From Candidatus Dojkabacteria bacterium (GTDB lineage Bacteria > Patescibacteriota > Dojkabacteria > J137), in contig JAUZRK010000014.1 in the NCBI GenBank assembly GCA_030950485.1, positions 2,431-66,430 of the forward strand: DNA of 64,000 bases. Direction: 5' to 3'. Shown piece by piece: positions 9,771 to 21,500 of the stretch (within the stretch, counting starts at the first letter, position 1; the number at the start of each line of letters is the position of its first letter). A model generated the notes under the pieces. That model did not search any database and had not been told where the DNA came from. It was given only the letters and a program-made list of their open reading frames with translations. Both the position numbers and the translations under genes were made by a program.

Positions 9771-10076
9771 TTACATGTTCATATTACTCATATCCATTAC
9801 CTCATAAATTCTTACTTTCTTTAGGCCAGGTGCAGACTTAACAAGATCAATTGCATCTTCCATACTATCTGCTTTTAAAATCATATAGCCAGTTAATTCA
9901 TCTTGATCTGATTCGATGTCTTTTTTTTCACCACCATCAAATAAAGCAGAGTTCATAATTGGAGCTCCCATATCTACAACATTTTCTTTATGTGCTTCAA
10001 ACCATTTCATCCAATCTTCCATTGATGCTCCCCCATCTTTATTTTGACCAACATGCATAATAATGTATTTTCTTAT
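9771..10076 (-). CDS. YciI-like protein; probable start codon is ATA at 10076 (or ATG at 10058)
   Basis: WMKWF..VVDMGAP..LTGYMILKADSMEDAI motif. The upstream in-frame ATA-AGA-AAA-TAC-ATT-ATT looks like an MRKYII N-terminus. Confidence 0.65.
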   Translation of the reverse strand: MRKYIIMHVGQNKDGGASMEDWMKWFEAHKENVVDMGAPIMNSALFDGGEKKDIESDQDELTGYMILKADSMEDAIDLVKSAPGLKKVRIYEVMDMSNMNM

Positions 10077-10245
10077 AGTTTATTTTGATAAAGAAATTTA
10101 AATTTGAAGTAAGTATTACACATATTATTTAGCTTATATAGATTAAGAAAAAATACGTATATTTATACAAACCTAAGAATTAAAAATATTTAGAATGGAA
10201 AAATTTAAGTAAATTCTGTAGTATTATGTAATTAATCAAACAAAG

Positions 10246-10629
10246 ATGAGTGGGATAGAAGTTATAGTAGAAGATAGTATATTTCAAAATTTTAGTGAAG
10301 TTGTAGGTGAAAGTGATTTCTTAGATAAACTTACTAACAAAGTAAGAACGATTAGTGAAGAAGATGGTTTAGTTTTTGAAGACGGAAGCCTTAGGGTAAT
10401 AGATATTGGTGAAGGGTATAGAATGAGTGTTGAAAAAGTTCCAATTGGTCCATTAACTAACAAAATTGTCGTCTCACTTTCATCAATAGGCTATGATGAA
10501 GATGATGACAATATAGCTAAAGCTCATAAAGTTAATGAGACTATTCAATTTACTTCCGCCCCCAATTCTAACGAAATAAAATGCAGATACGTTTACTCCG
10601 GAGAAGAACTGGATGCAGTGGTTATATGA
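10246..10629 (+). CDS. hypothetical protein
   Basis: 127-aa ORF with no motif recognised; its 3' end overlaps the next gene. Confidence 0.6.
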   Translation: MSGIEVIVEDSIFQNFSEVVGESDFLDKLTNKVRTISEEDGLVFEDGSLRVIDIGEGYRMSVEKVPIGPLTNKIVVSLSSIGYDEDDDNIAKAHKVNETIQFTSAPNSNEIKCRYVYSGEELDAVVI

Positions 10630-11116
10630 CGAGCTAGTAAAAGATAATCATGAAGTCATTATGCCTACTTTACCTAATGCTGATCATCCAAGTAGAAATG
10701 AATGCCTAAATGAAATTATTAAATTGCTAAAAGATCTTAATCATAAGGAGTTAGTAATGATTGGACATTCTTTAGGAGTAACTTCAGCACTTGATTATAT
10801 TGAGGAGTGTAATAAAAAAGTGCTTGGTTTGATATCTGTTTCAGGCTTTCACTTAGATACTGGTCATGAGTTAAACAGTTATTTTATGAAAGAGAAAGAT
10901 ATAGATTTCGAGAAAGTTAATACAAATCTTAATAATAAGGCTGTTATATACGGTGATAATGATCCATATTTGACTAAAGAGATTAGAGAAGCTCTTGCAG
11001 ATGAGCTGGATGTTGATCCTTATATAATTGAGAATGGCGGACATTTGAATGAGAGTGCTGGGTTTAGTGAGCTTCCTTTAATTACAGATATTCTTAATAG
11101 CTGGGAAATTAACTAA
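10580..11116 (+). pseudogene. YdeN/RBBP9-type alpha/beta hydrolase, N-terminally truncated
   Basis: GHSLG, DNDPY and GGHLN triad motifs. The frame reads FTPEKNWMQWL, but a TAA at 10577 removes the first strand and HG oxyanion motif. Confidence 0.6.
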
Positions 11117-12342
11117 GTTTCGCTCAACCCATCAAAATCATAATACTTCTTCCCCTTTAAATTATCAGGAAGATACTCTTGATCAACTTTCTTACCTTTC
11201 TTCTCTTCTAACCATTTATATCTAGTATGCCCCTTACCGTAACCAGCATCTTTAACAACGTCATTAACTTCATTTCTAAGATGAAGAGGAATTGGATCTA
11301 AGTCTATATTTTTTACATCACCTAGCGCATCTCCTATCGCTGTATAGCTAGCAATAGATTTCTTACTGGTCGCTAGATAAGTTGCGCATTGTCCTAAAAT
11401 TATAGTACTCTCAGGCATTCCTATCATTTTTATAGCTTGCATAGTAGAAGTTGCGAGAATTAGTGCTTGAGGATTTATATTTCCTATATCTTCAGAAGCG
11501 AATATGACCATCCTTCTTGCAATAAATACAGGATCTTCTCCAGCATCAATCATTCTAGCTAGATAATGAACAGTAGCGTCAGGATTAGAGCCCCTCATAG
11601 ATTTTATAAAAGCCGAAATTGTATCGTAATGACTATCTCCTGATTTATCGTACCTTGCTACTTTTTTTTGTAAGACTTTTTCTATAATTTCTTTATTAAT
11701 ATCTTTAGCATAGTTATTAACTAGCTGAACTGCATTGATAATCTTTCTAGCATCACCATCAGATAATGCTTTAATATAATTCTTAGATTCTTCATCCCAT
11801 TTATGTTTTGGGTATTGTTTTAAAGCGCTATCTATAACCTTTTCTAAGTCATCATTAGATAGCTTATTAAATATGTATACTTGGGATCTTGAAATTAATG
11901 GAGCTATTATTTCAAAGCCTGGATTTTCTGTAGTTGCTCCAATTAGTGTTATTGTTCCATCTTCTACTGGTGGTAAAAAAGCATCTTGTTGCGCTTTATT
12001 AAATCTATGTATCTCATCAACAAATAATATTGTTCGCTTTTTTAATGCTTCAAAGGTTCCTTCTTGATTATTTCTCTTGGCTCCCTCGATTATCTCCCTT
12101 ACTTCTTTTATCGATCCACCGACTGCAGAATATCCAATAAAAACTGCATCTACATAATTTGAGATTAATTTAGCCAATGTTGTTTTTCCAGATCCTGGTG
12201 GTCCCCAGAATATCATTGAAGAAATATCACCAGATTCCAACATTCTCCTAATCGGTCCATCTTCGCCTACAAGATGTTTTTGACCTATGAATTCATCTAA
12301 AGAACTTGGTCTAAGTTTTTCTGCTAACGGCCTAGTATTCAT
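11113..12342 (-). CDS. rarA: replication-associated recombination protein RarA/MgsA
   Basis: PLAEKLRP, WGPPGSGKTT, DEIHRFNKAQQD, GATTENP, SAFIKSMRGS and ASEDIG motifs. Confidence 0.96.
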   Translation of the reverse strand: MNTRPLAEKLRPSSLDEFIGQKHLVGEDGPIRRMLESGDISSMIFWGPPGSGKTTLAKLISNYVDAVFIGYSAVGGSIKEVREIIEGAKRNNQEGTFEALKKRTILFVDEIHRFNKAQQDAFLPPVEDGTITLIGATTENPGFEIIAPLISRSQVYIFNKLSNDDLEKVIDSALKQYPKHKWDEESKNYIKALSDGDARKIINAVQLVNNYAKDINKEIIEKVLQKKVARYDKSGDSHYDTISAFIKSMRGSNPDATVHYLARMIDAGEDPVFIARRMVIFASEDIGNINPQALILATSTMQAIKMIGMPESTIILGQCATYLATSKKSIASYTAIGDALGDVKNIDLDPIPLHLRNEVNDVVKDAGYGKGHTRYKWLEEKKGKKVDQEYLPDNLKGKKYYDFDGLSET

Positions 12343-12445
12343 ATATAATTATACCCTATTTTTGTAATTAATACCTTTTATTCAGATTTACAAAAATATT
12401 GAATGCCTTTGTACTTGTGTTATCATATTTTGGAATCTAATATAT

Positions 12446-12880
12446 ATGGTTGCACTTAGTAGAAGTGATATAGAATATACTGACAATGATATTGAAAGTA
12501 ATGTGGTAAATAGTATTTTTACTCCAGAACTTGATAGAGATAGATATAGCACGTCTGAAGAATTTGAATCACCTTGCTTCTTAGCAGAGTTACATAACTT
12601 AGATGATCTGCTAAATGGTTATTTGATTAGGTTTAATAGTGGTGATGAACTTAAAGATATTGAGGTAGCAAAAGATAAAATTTCACTGAGTCTAAAAGTA
12701 ATCGCTTTGAGAGTTATCAATGATGATGAAAAGTATATAGCTACAATGAGTATTTGCTACTCCTACTTCCAAATCTACTCTAATTCTAACCCAGTTATAA
12801 TGAAAGAAATATCTTCGGTATTTACGAAAATTATGCAAGAATTCCACCCGGTTACAATGAAATCTTCTCTTAGTTTATAG
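12446..12880 (+). CDS. hypothetical protein
   Basis: 144-aa ORF; no motif recognised. Confidence 0.6.
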   Translation: MVALSRSDIEYTDNDIESNVVNSIFTPELDRDRYSTSEEFESPCFLAELHNLDDLLNGYLIRFNSGDELKDIEVAKDKISLSLKVIALRVINDDEKYIATMSICYSYFQIYSNSNPVIMKEISSVFTKIMQEFHPVTMKSSLSL

Positions 12881-12932
12881 CTTGCTTTTGTTGCTCTATT
12901 TTGGCATCTATATTATAATAGTTATGATTATT

Positions 12933-13403
12933 ATGAGCGATACAATAGACGAAACTGTAGCACATATTACTGACGTATCAGCAGCAATGACAGAGCTTGA
13001 CGGTATTAAGATGCAAATACATTATGATGATTCAGCTCCTACCTTAAGCTTTAAGCCTGAAACTGATATATCCAAATATAATACTCATACAGATTCAATC
13101 AGACCAACGTCTGCTAGATCTGTAGTTCATAGAAATTTTACAACTAAAGTGACAGAAGGTAAAATCATTTCACCTCAAGATGATGCAAATGTTACTGGAG
13201 TTAAGTTTGGAGATCTTAAAAATTCAATCGTCAGAGTACTCAGTAATGTTCACATCCCAGAAAAGCAAACTGAAGCAAGGTTTTTTATGCTAGATTCTGT
13301 AGCTACATATACTGGAGAAAATCCAGTATATTTAGAATTAACAGCTAGTTTTATAGATGAAGCAGCAAAAAGGCTTCATATACAATTTCTAGAAGAACAA
13401 TAG
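12933..13403 (+). CDS. hypothetical protein
   Basis: ORF with likely start at ATG 12933 (MSDTID). Confidence 0.6.
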   Translation: MSDTIDETVAHITDVSAAMTELDGIKMQIHYDDSAPTLSFKPETDISKYNTHTDSIRPTSARSVVHRNFTTKVTEGKIISPQDDANVTGVKFGDLKNSIVRVLSNVHIPEKQTEARFFMLDSVATYTGENPVYLELTASFIDEAAKRLHIQFLEEQ

Positions 13404-13423
13404 TATTGTTTTCATTAAATACT

Positions 13424-14101
13424 CTAACTATCAACATTCATAAGTCTAATACCTTTACTCTTATAAATATTGATAGTGTTTTCTAAATCAAAGTGCCTAT
13501 TATCCTTATTCAATAATTCATCTAGAGTCATTAGTAAATTTTCACCGTTATCAAACACATCCTTAAGTTCACCTTTTACATTTATAGCTTCGTAAATTAA
13601 ATAAAATTTATCGTGAACTATACTCCCTTCGTTATCTTTATCAATCTTATGATTTACACCTTTAAATATAAACTCTGCTTTTAAACCAGTTTCTTCTATT
13701 AAACATCTAAATGCTGTATCTTCTGGATTCTCTCCTATAAGTACTTTTTCAGTAGGAAGTTCGTAATAATTTTTAAATGGTTCAATTAATCTCTTCTGAA
13801 CTATAACCCTATCTTCGATATAGTTGCATATAATCAAAACAGAAACTCTTTGATTTTTTAAAATAGTAGATGTCTTATTACTTATATTTAAAGATAGCTC
13901 TTTTCCTTTCGAAGTAAGAGAATAGTTAGAGTCTTTATCTTTAACTATTAACTCAAGTTTTAAAAGTTGGTTTACATGATAATTAAACCAATCTGTAGTT
14001 AACCTCTTTCTATTTAACTCTGCAAATCTAGCTGAATCATTTTTAGCTAAATATTTTATTACTTCAGCCTGCACTTCATGAATTGATTTATGATTTGTCA
14101 T
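13424..14101 (-). CDS. winged-HTH + NUDIX-domain protein (putative regulator)
   Basis: N-terminal wHTH (RFAELN..FNYHVNQLLK..YSLTSKG) and Nudix box GENPEDTAFRCLIEETGL. Confidence 0.8.
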   Translation of the reverse strand: MTNHKSIHEVQAEVIKYLAKNDSARFAELNRKRLTTDWFNYHVNQLLKLELIVKDKDSNYSLTSKGKELSLNISNKTSTILKNQRVSVLIICNYIEDRVIVQKRLIEPFKNYYELPTEKVLIGENPEDTAFRCLIEETGLKAEFIFKGVNHKIDKDNEGSIVHDKFYLIYEAINVKGELKDVFDNGENLLMTLDELLNKDNRHFDLENTINIYKSKGIRLMNVDS

Positions 14102-14168
14102 TACGAAAGAGCCCTTTACTATAAAATTTACTATTGGAATTTTACAATCATTTATTACATTTTACTAA

Positions 14169-14588
14169 ATGATTATGAATCAGGTTCAGATAATCGATAA
14201 AGTTGCATTTATATACATTAAGAATAACAAATTACTTTCAGCTAGATCAATAAATAAAACAGCGTTTTATACGCCTGGGGGAAAAAGAGAGAAAAATGAA
14301 TCAGACATAGAATGCCTTACAAGAGAGCTTAAAGAAGAACTAAATGTAGATTTTATAGCAATTTCAGCAAATCACTACGGAGACTTTCAAGCTCATGCTC
14401 ATGGTAAAGACATGAGTATCGTAGTTAAAATGAAGTGTTATTTTGGAGAATTTAAAGGAGAATTATTACCTAGTTCAGAAATTGAAGAAATAAAATGGTT
14501 AGATTCAAATGATATAGGTAAAGATTATACGTCAAAAGTAGATTGGTTGATTTTAGCTCAGTTAAAAGTTGATGGGAAAATATTATAA
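14169..14588 (+). CDS. NUDIX hydrolase
   Basis: PGGKREKNESDIECLTRELKEEL Nudix box. Confidence 0.9.
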   Translation: MIMNQVQIIDKVAFIYIKNNKLLSARSINKTAFYTPGGKREKNESDIECLTRELKEELNVDFIAISANHYGDFQAHAHGKDMSIVVKMKCYFGEFKGELLPSSEIEEIKWLDSNDIGKDYTSKVDWLILAQLKVDGKIL

Positions 14589-14593
14589 AAAAT

Positions 14594-14621
14594 GTAGGCG
14601 ATAATGGCTATTGTCGCCTAC
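14594..14621. repeat. GTAG-tagged palindrome (REP-like), probable bidirectional terminator
   Basis: GTAGGCGATAAT-GGCT-ATTGTCGCCTAC between convergent genes. Confidence 0.65.
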
Positions 14622-14634
14622 GCTTTATATTTTA

Positions 14635-15291
14635 TTAAAACTCAACACCAACTGCCCACCTACTCTTAGTTGAATTACAGTTTTTATCACTACATTCTCC
14701 GTAGCACGTAAAAAGTGTTGCGGAGTTGTCACCTAACCACGAACTCATTATATATCTATCTTTTTCATTTACTGGACTAGAAAAAGTTATAGTTCCGTTT
14801 AAATATCTATCATTAATACAAGCCTCAAAATTATCTCCAATTTTTGAGTTCAAGATCTGAGCAAAATCAGTAGTAGGCGAATTACAGAATCCATCTACGC
14901 AGTTATTGTGGCCTATGATTACTTTATTTTTATTAAAGATAGTATTTTGTACTATACTTGGTATGCTTGAAGCATCCCAGTTCTCCTCCAGAATAATATC
15001 AAGTTTTATAGGATCATTAAAACTATCCGTCATAATCCAGTTCCCTAAACATTTCTCACTTGTTTCAATATTCTTTAATGGCTCTATAGCTTTTAGAACT
15101 TCCACTAACTTTGAGTTATTATCTGACACCCTGTTTATAAGTTGGAATAAGCTGTTTTTCTTATATATAAATGAAGAATTTGACTTGGTATGATGATCGG
15201 ATGCCCTAACAGTATCAAAAGTTATAACAAAAGCTATAAACGATAAAACTAGAAGAATAAGCAATGTATACACTTTTAATATAGTCCTCAT
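14635..15291 (-). CDS. sortase-like protein
   Basis: N-terminal TM; IIGHN (His), TLFTC (Cys) and SRWAV (Arg) in sortase order. Confidence 0.75.
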   Translation of the reverse strand: MRTILKVYTLLILLVLSFIAFVITFDTVRASDHHTKSNSSFIYKKNSLFQLINRVSDNNSKLVEVLKAIEPLKNIETSEKCLGNWIMTDSFNDPIKLDIILEENWDASSIPSIVQNTIFNKNKVIIGHNNCVDGFCNSPTTDFAQILNSKIGDNFEACINDRYLNGTITFSSPVNEKDRYIMSSWLGDNSATLFTCYGECSDKNCNSTKSRWAVGVEF

Positions 15292-15334
15292 ATTGAGAGA
15301 ATTATATCACAATAAATTATTTATATTACTTATT

Positions 15335-16726
15335 CTATTGCTCCGCTGACTCGCTCCTTCTCTCTGAAGCTAAGACATAAGTTCTAAAAGTTGAGAGTTT
15401 ATATCCAAATTTGTCTACAAAATCATCAGCGACATCTTTTCCATCTTTATATGCTCTCTCCAGCAATCTATAAATTAAATAGCCAGACAATCCATACTCT
15501 GCATTAAGCTCATTTATGTAGTTCTTTAGCCCCTTCTCTTCATTAATCAAGTTCCAATCTGAAATATTAAAAGCTTTAAGCTCTGTTAGAATTGCTTGAT
15601 TAAGTTCTTCCCTAGCAATCTCATACGCTCTCCTTGAAGGAGCAAATTCACTGTCCGACTTTCTTTTTTCTCTATAGATCTTATGGGCAGTCTTCCATTT
15701 CGGTTTAGCTACATCTAATTCCTCAGTTGCAATATCCCAAGCTTCTCTAAAAGAAGTTTCTCCCGTACCAAATCTAGCATCAATTATTTCCCAATCTATA
15801 AGATTATAATCAAAGCCTCTTTCTAAATTTACAGCTGCTATAATTTCTCTCTGATATGAGCTATCAACTGGAATTATTTCCCGATTATTAGTAAACCATC
15901 TTATCAAAGAAGACGTCGTCATATTTAAGCTATCAAATTCGCTATTTAGTCTTTCAACAATAACTGCTCTAGTAACTCTAACTGTTTCGTCCGACCTTTC
16001 TTCGTAATAATATTTTTTTACTAATTCAATAAAGTGTAAATATTCCTCATTACTTAAAACTATTTGAGGATTACCATTCATATTTTTTTCTATTCTGGGA
16101 TTTACAATTTGCTTAGAAATTAGATTTCTAGAAACCCATACGCTTAAAGAATCACCATTAATACAATTTGACCCATCAGCTTTGCCGTATCTTCCATTTA
16201 ATGTAGCAGCAATTTGATTATATGTTAAAGTTTCTTCTTGATTATATAAAAGAATTATATTATCTATAATATCTCTATACTTTTCATTTCGCGGATTTAA
16301 AAAGGTAGTATAAACTACGTTTGAAAGGAGGATTTCAGTCTGTCGCTCTAAAGCTTTTTCTGTATCTGTTAGCTTTGATCGTAATTTAGGAATAAAGTTT
16401 TTTGTATTAGAAATGTCTTTAACTCTGGCTTTAATATATTCTTCACCTTCAAGATTAAATCCTTTTGAAAAAACTTTCTAGCTATGATAATTAGGTATAA
16501 AATCACTTACCGGTATTCCCAAATCAACTATTATTTCTGCAAGTGATTCATTTGTTAAGTAGTTTCCATCTTCATCTCTAGCATATAAAAATTCTTCCCA
16601 AGTAAATCTATTAGCTGGGCATACTAAGTTATATTCGTCTACTTCATCTACTACCCTACCTATTAGTTGAGATAAGTTATAGCCAGAGTTTTCAATTGTT
16701 GTTGGATCATCAGAATCGTTTACCAT
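15335..16726 (-). pseudogene. hypothetical helical protein split by an in-frame TAG at 16478
   Basis: ORFs 16478..16741 and 15335..16081 share a frame and the sequence between them is open after the TAG. HTH-like segments such as LTYNQIAATLN are present. Confidence 0.6.
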
Positions 16727-16763
16727 AAGGAATAATAACACACCTTTGATATATAGCGAATAG

Positions 16764-17042
16764 CTATCTTATCAGATCAATCTCAAACGCTCCCATACCT
16801 CCAGTAAAATACCCTGCTGTTTTAAAATGCTTAACATATTTATGGTTCTTAAGAAGCTTCTCTACAATCGGTCTTACTACCCTACCCTTACCAGTAATAA
16901 CAAGAACTCTTTTATCATTCTTAAGATATGAGTCTTCAATAAATTCGAAAAGATATCTTTCAATATCGTACGGATCTAATTTTCCTAAAAGATGAAAATC
17001 AAACGTAGAATCAGCTTCAAAATTTTCTTCCCACGGGTACAT
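16764..17042 (-). CDS. stand-alone Smr/MutS2 C-terminal domain protein
   Basis: DFH..., VLVITGKG and GGMGAFEI motifs. Confidence 0.85.
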   Translation of the reverse strand: MYPWEENFEADSTFDFHLLGKLDPYDIERYLFEFIEDSYLKNDKRVLVITGKGRVVRPIVEKLLKNHKYVKHFKTAGYFTGGMGAFEIDLIR

Positions 17043-17045
17043 AAG

Positions 17046-18548
17046 CTAAAAATTCAAATTACCAATTGGTGAACTAGTAGGCGGGTTAGCCTCTTGAATT
17101 GTTATACTTACGCTATTACTGAATTCAGAACACGCATTATCATTTATAGTACAAAGTGTAAAACTATAAGAACCCGGAGTTAGTGTCCAATAATAATTTC
17201 GAGAATCTTGAGTTAACATTACAGAATTTGCACTGTTAGCTGAATATTCTGGGCCATTTAAACCAAGTATTAAGTAATACCCCTTACTATTATCAAAACC
17301 TGTTATATCCCAGCTTAAGTTCGCTCCATTATCATCAGTAGATGCATATAGATTAAATACATCTTTTACAGTAATTACTTCAATTATTCTTGTAACTTTA
17401 AGCTCTTTAGTTGTTTCGTTATTATTTAATGGATTAATAGCCTTAATCTCTATTTCATTTAATCCCTCAGAAAGATCAATCTTATACGTAAACACTCCGT
17501 TTACAGAATCTATTTCTTCATCATTTATCGTTATAATTGCATCTTTTGAGCTCGTTCTACCTGTTATTTCAAGAGTGGGATCTTTAATTTCAAAATCGCT
17601 ATCCTTAGGAGAGGTAATAGTTAAATCTGGTGCTGTTAAGTCAAGATCTAGAGTTGAAGGAAAACCTCTCTTTGATATTGAATCAAGATCTTCGTCTTTA
17701 TCAATTCTAGATAATACTTCTGATCTAAAGCTATCACTGTCGCTTAAGTTTAATGATCTAACATCAATAAAGATTTCATCTAATAGTTTTTGTCTTTTAT
17801 ACCAGCTAGTTATTGATATTTCCTCTACAATTTTTCCCTCTGCAGAAGAGCAATTTAAGCTATCCCTATCAACTTGAGCTAGACTACCTGAAGGGATATC
17901 AATTGTTTCTTCATTACAACCAACTGCTTCAACATTATTTTCTTCTACACTTACAAAAGTCTCTCCACTAAACCTTTCATAAACATTAAAGATTGATTTA
18001 CCTGCAGTTATAGTAGAACTTGAAGCCTCAACATTAATTGTTGAAGACTGAATCCTGCTCCAAATACTACCAGAAAGTAATTCTATGTTTATATCGTTAT
18101 TAGTAAGACTTATAACAAGCTCAGTATTAGGATCAACACTTATAAATGAATTATCAGGAAGAAAAATGTAAGAAAAACTGTTTGTTGCATTTTTAATATA
18201 TGAAGGATTATCCAAGACTATCTCTCCTGCCTCCATTATTTCATAAACATCTTCTTCTGAAGATTTATAACTTATAGTACCCGAGCCTCTTACTAAAACA
18301 ATATCATTCAAACCTGTTTGTATTTGATTAGATTCACCTCCAAACTTTGTAAGAAGTGCTAAAACAAATGCAACTAAGACAATTATTCCAAATATAAATA
18401 TTTTTTTTCTATTATCTGATGCTTTATCTATATATTTATTTAGTTTTTCTCTAATAGTTTTTTTATCAGCTATTAGATTAGCTTCTTCAGAAATATCATT
18501 TGTAATTATTTCTTCATTTGCTGTTGATTTCATTTTTATTCTTTCCAT
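17046..18548 (-). CDS. membrane-anchored FecR-domain protein with Ig-like domains
   Basis: TM helix; FecR-like LPDNSFISVDPNT..LLSGSIW; DLTAPDLTITSP..LSEGLNEIEIKA Ig-like repeat. Confidence 0.75.
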   Translation of the reverse strand: MERIKMKSTANEEIITNDISEEANLIADKKTIREKLNKYIDKASDNRKKIFIFGIIVLVAFVLALLTKFGGESNQIQTGLNDIVLVRGSGTISYKSSEEDVYEIMEAGEIVLDNPSYIKNATNSFSYIFLPDNSFISVDPNTELVISLTNNDINIELLSGSIWSRIQSSTINVEASSSTITAGKSIFNVYERFSGETFVSVEENNVEAVGCNEETIDIPSGSLAQVDRDSLNCSSAEGKIVEEISITSWYKRQKLLDEIFIDVRSLNLSDSDSFRSEVLSRIDKDEDLDSISKRGFPSTLDLDLTAPDLTITSPKDSDFEIKDPTLEITGRTSSKDAIITINDEEIDSVNGVFTYKIDLSEGLNEIEIKAINPLNNNETTKELKVTRIIEVITVKDVFNLYASTDDNGANLSWDITGFDNSKGYYLILGLNGPEYSANSANSVMLTQDSRNYYWTLTPGSYSFTLCTINDNACSEFSNSVSITIQEANPPTSSPIGNLNF

Positions 18549-18581
18549 ATTAGATATCTTACTAAATTAATAATATGTTTA

Positions 18582-21500
18582 CTATCTGCTGATTTCATTA
18601 ATCATTACTTTAGCAGTCTTCCCAATACCAAATACATCTGGTGAATACATTAGATTTACTTTTGGAGGATTAACATTATATTCTCCACTAAAAGTAGCTC
18701 TTGTTAAATATTCATATTTATAAGCACCTTTTGGTAGATTGCTCATAAGTAACCCAACTCTATCTCCTAATAATCTCTCTCTAGTTATAAGATAACCTAA
18801 ATTAGTATAACTATTATTACTTATATCAGAATTTCTTGCAAAGTAGTTATAGTCATTATCAATTTTACTCTTTAAAGATTGATCTACTGTACCTAAATTA
18901 AAATTCACTAATTCATAACCAGCAGCTATTGGAGCCTCAACTAATACTTGTGAATAATCTCCCTCGGATATTATATATAAAGTATGCTTTATTATATCTC
19001 CTTCTTTAATATTTTCAATAACTCCATCTATTGATTCAATTTCTTCAAAGATAGTAAATCCATGAGAAACAGGTCTTATATCACTAAAATCAGGATAGGT
19101 ATTTAAGTTCAATCTGTAATATTGATTATGATTAGAAAAATTATATAGCGTTAACTCATTTAACTTATCTAAATTCCCAACTGTCAGGCTCTCCTCACTA
19201 CATTCAATACAAATATCCTTATTATTCAATAACGCACTAAATTTAATATCTCCGTCAATTATTTCATCTCTATCAATTCTATAGTTAGAAACAGTATTAA
19301 TAACTGATGCTACAGAGAATGTTGAGTAGTTATTGTTTTCATTATCTCTTAACCACATCATTCCCTTTTCAGTTAATGAATCGTAACCTCCATCTCTAAT
19401 TAAAGTTAGTAATACAGTTGCTGTAACATTCTCATTCGAGTCAGAATAATAGTAAGTACTAGAATCATTTGATTCCCAATAAATTAAGCCTGCACTTAAT
19501 GTTCCAGAATTAATTAAATCATTCATTAACTCGTCATATCTTGAAGAGTTTTTATCCAAAGACATAACTAGCCAAGCTTTAGCGCTATTATCATATACCT
19601 TATCGTAAATATTATTTATCAGTGATTCAGTAGATTTTGATTCATACAAACTAGTAACATATATTCCTAAAGCTCTAGATGTAAGCGTAGTAGAATTTTT
19701 GTCTGTCTTTAAGAGTATTTCTAATCTATCTACTCCTTTATTAACAACTGTACTACTAACGCTAATGCCATTTCCCTCAGCAATATATAAAGCGTAAAGT
19801 GCATACGCAGTATTTTCAATATTTGCTTGAGAATATTGCTTATTCCAGAAATCCCAGCCTCCAGATGAAAGTTGTAGATCATATAATTTACTAACCAAAG
19901 CACTAACTTCTTTATCATTCAAACCATCTAAATCATTTAGGTTTCTAAGTCCTAAATATGAAATCAATTTTGATGATGTTTGGTCAGTACAGTAGTAATT
20001 ATATTTAGTAATATATTCCTTCTCCTGACCAATATTTTTTGCAAGTGAAGGAGTAACCTCTAGATCTAAATTAGAATAAATAGCATCATCAGATACTTCT
20101 ATTATCTCAGTAGCGCTAAAATTAAGTTTTCCTGTGGTACTATTCGTCTCATAATGAGTAGCAAAATTTAAAGGTATTTCTTTTAGTACTGAGTCTAATT
20201 TTTCTTCCCCTTTATATAAGTTAAACTGAAATTTAACTAATGGATCTGTACTTGTAGCTTCTATAGCTACTTCATAAATTTCCCCTTTATTAGCAGCTAT
20301 TGTAATCGGCTCTGTTAATAAGACTTCTTCATTTCCAGATACATTTGAAATTATCTCAATTGAAGCATCAATATCTTTATCTGTATTATTCTGTAGTAAA
20401 GCACCAACGTTAAGCTTATCTCCATATGTCACAAATCTTGGTAGACTTGGAAATATTTGATAGTTAAGATTAGATATAATCTCTACTTTCTCTTGTCCAA
20501 AAAGATCTTCACCGCTACTAGCTTTTGCCACTATTACCCATGTTGTTAAATTGTCAGGTAATTCAAAATCTAAAGTTGCTTTACCATCTTTTCCAGTTTT
20601 AATTTCTGTCTGCCAGAAAGCCGTATCTTTAAATTCTTTTCTTGTGTCTAACTCATCAAATAAATTTGTAGATCCTCCTCCGCCTCCACCCTTGTCTCCC
20701 CATACAAGGTCTTCTCTAACTTTATCTATACTTAATGTTAGATTGTTACTTGAAGCAATATTGTACTCTCTTAATTTGTACATTACTTCTAATATGTTCT
20801 TATCTCCTATCAAAGCTAAATCGAATAAAGCTTTATCTACTACCGAAACAGTAACTCTTGAGTCAATATTTACTCCCTTTCTTGAAGTATTTATTTTCAG
20901 TTCGACCTTATCTCCCGGCTTATAACTTTTTTTATCTGAATTAATATCAACATCTAGCTTTTTATCTTCAAAGTCTACAACCAGTTCAGTAGTACCAATT
21001 CTAAAATCAGCTTTATTGCTAGCTGATGAGTTCTGTCCTTCAACAATTACACTAGTTAAGAAAATATTAGGAACATATTCTTCCTTAATCTCCTTATTTA
21101 TCTGATAACTAGGTGAATCTGATTTAACTACTTCATATTCTAGTATGTTATCCCAACTATAAATATTTAATAAATAAGCACTATTAAAGTTAGTACTAAT
21201 ATTTAGTTTTGCTATATCAGAAACACTATAAGCATTTTTATCTTTTTCAATATCAATTTCATGACTATCACCTAATTTATAACTATAGCTATAGTAATAA
21301 GGATCATATGCTCTAAATAAAGCTCTACTAACTTCAACTCCATTTCAAAAAACCTTTGCTACATATAAGCCTCCACTTGAAGGTATGAAATTTACAGAGG
21401 CCTTTCCATTTGAAGTCCGTAATCCTTCTTCGTATAAATATATATCATCAAAAATATATTCATAGTAAAGTCCTAAGCTGGAATCTTCTGTTCTTACCCA

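Noticed and set aside
20673..20700. Poly-Gly tract (KGGGGG) in A2M as a special repeat
   Set aside because: It lies in the expected flexible bait-region linker of bacterial A2Ms.
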